DNA from: an uncultured virus (IMG/VR IMGVR_UViG_3300029914_000017)
Lineage: Duplodnaviria; Heunggongvirae; Uroviricota; Caudoviricetes
Virus record (IMG/VR): IMGVR_UViG_3300029914_000017
Reading direction: 5' to 3' (one strand)
Length of the DNA: 64,000 nt
The position numbers were made by a program, and so were the translations under genes. This document shows, in pieces, positions 62,692-64,000 of this stretch; within the stretch, counting starts at the first letter, position 1; each line of letters starts with the position of its first letter. The notes under the pieces are model-generated. The model worked only from the letters and a program-made list of their open reading frames with translations. It had not been told where the DNA came from and did not search any database.

Positions 62692-64000
62692 TTATTCGTT
62701 ATTTAAGCCAAGGTTAATACCTTCAGATGCTGCAATAAAGCTTATAAAATGTTCTGACCATCCACTTATCTCGCTTGTCCATACACCTTTATAGTTAATC
62801 CCGTGTGTGTTATTGCTAACATCGACAATGTAATTATATATACCAAATGGAGAAGGTACGCTATTACTACTATCACAATCCTGACTATCAGAAAATACGA
62901 TAATCCGTTCTGGTTTAATCGATGAATTCTCTTCTTTAATATAATTTAAACATTGTCTTGTAAATATTCCTCCGCCACCTAATTTGCTTTTTAATGCATC
63001 AATTTGAGTAAACAGCCCAAATCCAGTTGATGGGTATTTAATTTGTTCAGTTGAATGAATCCTTCGACCATCACTTCCAGCAGTACAATACACAATGATA
63101 TTTTCACACAAATTAACAGCTAACAAGCACATTGCTTTTGCAACATCCATTCTATTAAATTCAGATTTACCACTCATATTAGCTTCCATTGAACCACTAA
63201 CATCTACGACAAAAACAGTAGTTCCTTTTAATTTAGGTAATTGTGACCAACCATCAATCATTAATTTTTCTAATTCTTTAGAAAATTCGGGTGCATATTT
63301 TACAGCCGATAAAAAATTAAGTGGTAAGAGCATTTTAGTATTTAATGAAAGTAATCCTTTTCGAATTATATTTCCATCAACATCAGCTTCTTTCATATTC
63401 CTAAGATTACGCAAGAATGCCAACGAACCAAGTTTATTTTCTTCAATTAATCTTTCCCATACACCTTTATGTTGATCTTTTGGTGTAGTGGATAATCCAA
63501 CCTCCCAAGTATCAGGGGTTTTTATATCATCAGAAATTACTTTGTTAAATAATAATTGTTGTTCATCTGAAATAGCTTTTGGATGAGTTAAAAATATTAG
63601 ATCTTTAAATTTAACAGATGTCTGTCTATTATATTTTCCAAAACCATATTCATTTATATTATTCAATGTCTGTTGAACTCCCCTTACCAAAGACTTAGAT
63701 AATGGCCCTTGTTTTAACTGATTTTTAACAGTCCTTGCTTTACTTGAGTTTTCAGCCCAATACAATGCCACTAAATCAGTTATCATATCTGGTCGGGTAC
63801 AAATTTTTGGAATTATTTCTCCAACATATTTTGAATGAGTTGAATATTTTAGCATTTCAACTAAAATCATTATAGGAGTGTGGCGAAGTTTTTGTTCTTC
63901 ACGGCATTCTACAGCTAAATTAGCAACTAATTTACCATCAATTTTAGGAATCAATGATTTAATTCGATCTGAAATTAGGTCACCATCCTGATAAGCGGCA
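62692..64000 (-). CDS. Ro60/TROVE plus vWA protein (Rsr-like); 5' end outside window
   Basis: LRHTP, HPK, PDTWE, LAFLRNLRN, VVDVSGSM, VFSDSQ; the frame stays open to the window end. Confidence 0.9.
   Translation of the reverse strand, partial: AAYQDGDLISDRIKSLIPKIDGKLVANLAVECREEQKLRHTPIMILVEMLKYSTHSKYVGEIIPKICTRPDMITDLVALYWAENSSKARTVKNQLKQGPLSKSLVRGVQQTLNNINEYGFGKYNRQTSVKFKDLIFLTHPKAISDEQQLLFNKVISDDIKTPDTWEVGLSTTPKDQHKGVWERLIEENKLGSLAFLRNLRNMKEADVDGNIIRKGLLSLNTKMLLPLNFLSAVKYAPEFSKELEKLMIDGWSQLPKLKGTTVFVVDVSGSMEANMSGKSEFNRMDVAKAMCLLAVNLCENIIVYCTAGSDGRRIHSTEQIKYPSTGFGLFTQIDALKSKLGGGGIFTRQCLNYIKEENSSIKPERIIVFSDSQDCDSSNSVPSPFGIYNYIVDVSNNTHGINYKGVWTSEISGWSEHFISFIAASEGINLGLNNE

Overview
This 64 kb window is very AT-rich and gene-dense, and reads as part of a large (jumbo/huge) lytic dsDNA phage of a Bacteroidota host. 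The host inference rests on 15 copies of the Bacteroidota sigma-70 promoter (TTG-N20-TAnnTTTG) plus DUF4494, DUF3127 and FISUMP genes. Genes run on + to about 33.7 kb and mostly on - afterwards, in the standard genetic code. The left end is a virion/lysis block: a 9-aa-repeat fibre fragment, a circularly permuted FISUMP protein and a holin. The rest is accessory: GMP reductase/IMPDH, SSB-like protein, T5 A1-like nuclease, ClpC-like ATPase, 5'-3' exonuclease, four orphan DNA methyltransferases, a NARP1-type NAD+ reconstitution pair, macro domains, an RlmN-like radical SAM enzyme, a dispersed RNA-repair set (RlaP, AEP, phosphoesterases, RNA ligase, Ro60), and an intact IS607 (tnpA+tnpB) whose empty site can be rebuilt. 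The most unusual features are non-coding. (i) A ~95-nt two-hairpin RNA with perfectly complementary 7-nt loops (kissing loop) lies between a putative phage late promoter and a nine-repeat endonuclease gene (24.6-26.8 kb). (ii) A monocistronic unit (32.7-33.7 kb) has transcript 5' and 3' ends that form a 14-bp duplex around the whole gene. No tRNA, rRNA or CRISPR array was seen. All family calls are by motif recognition only; no searches were run.
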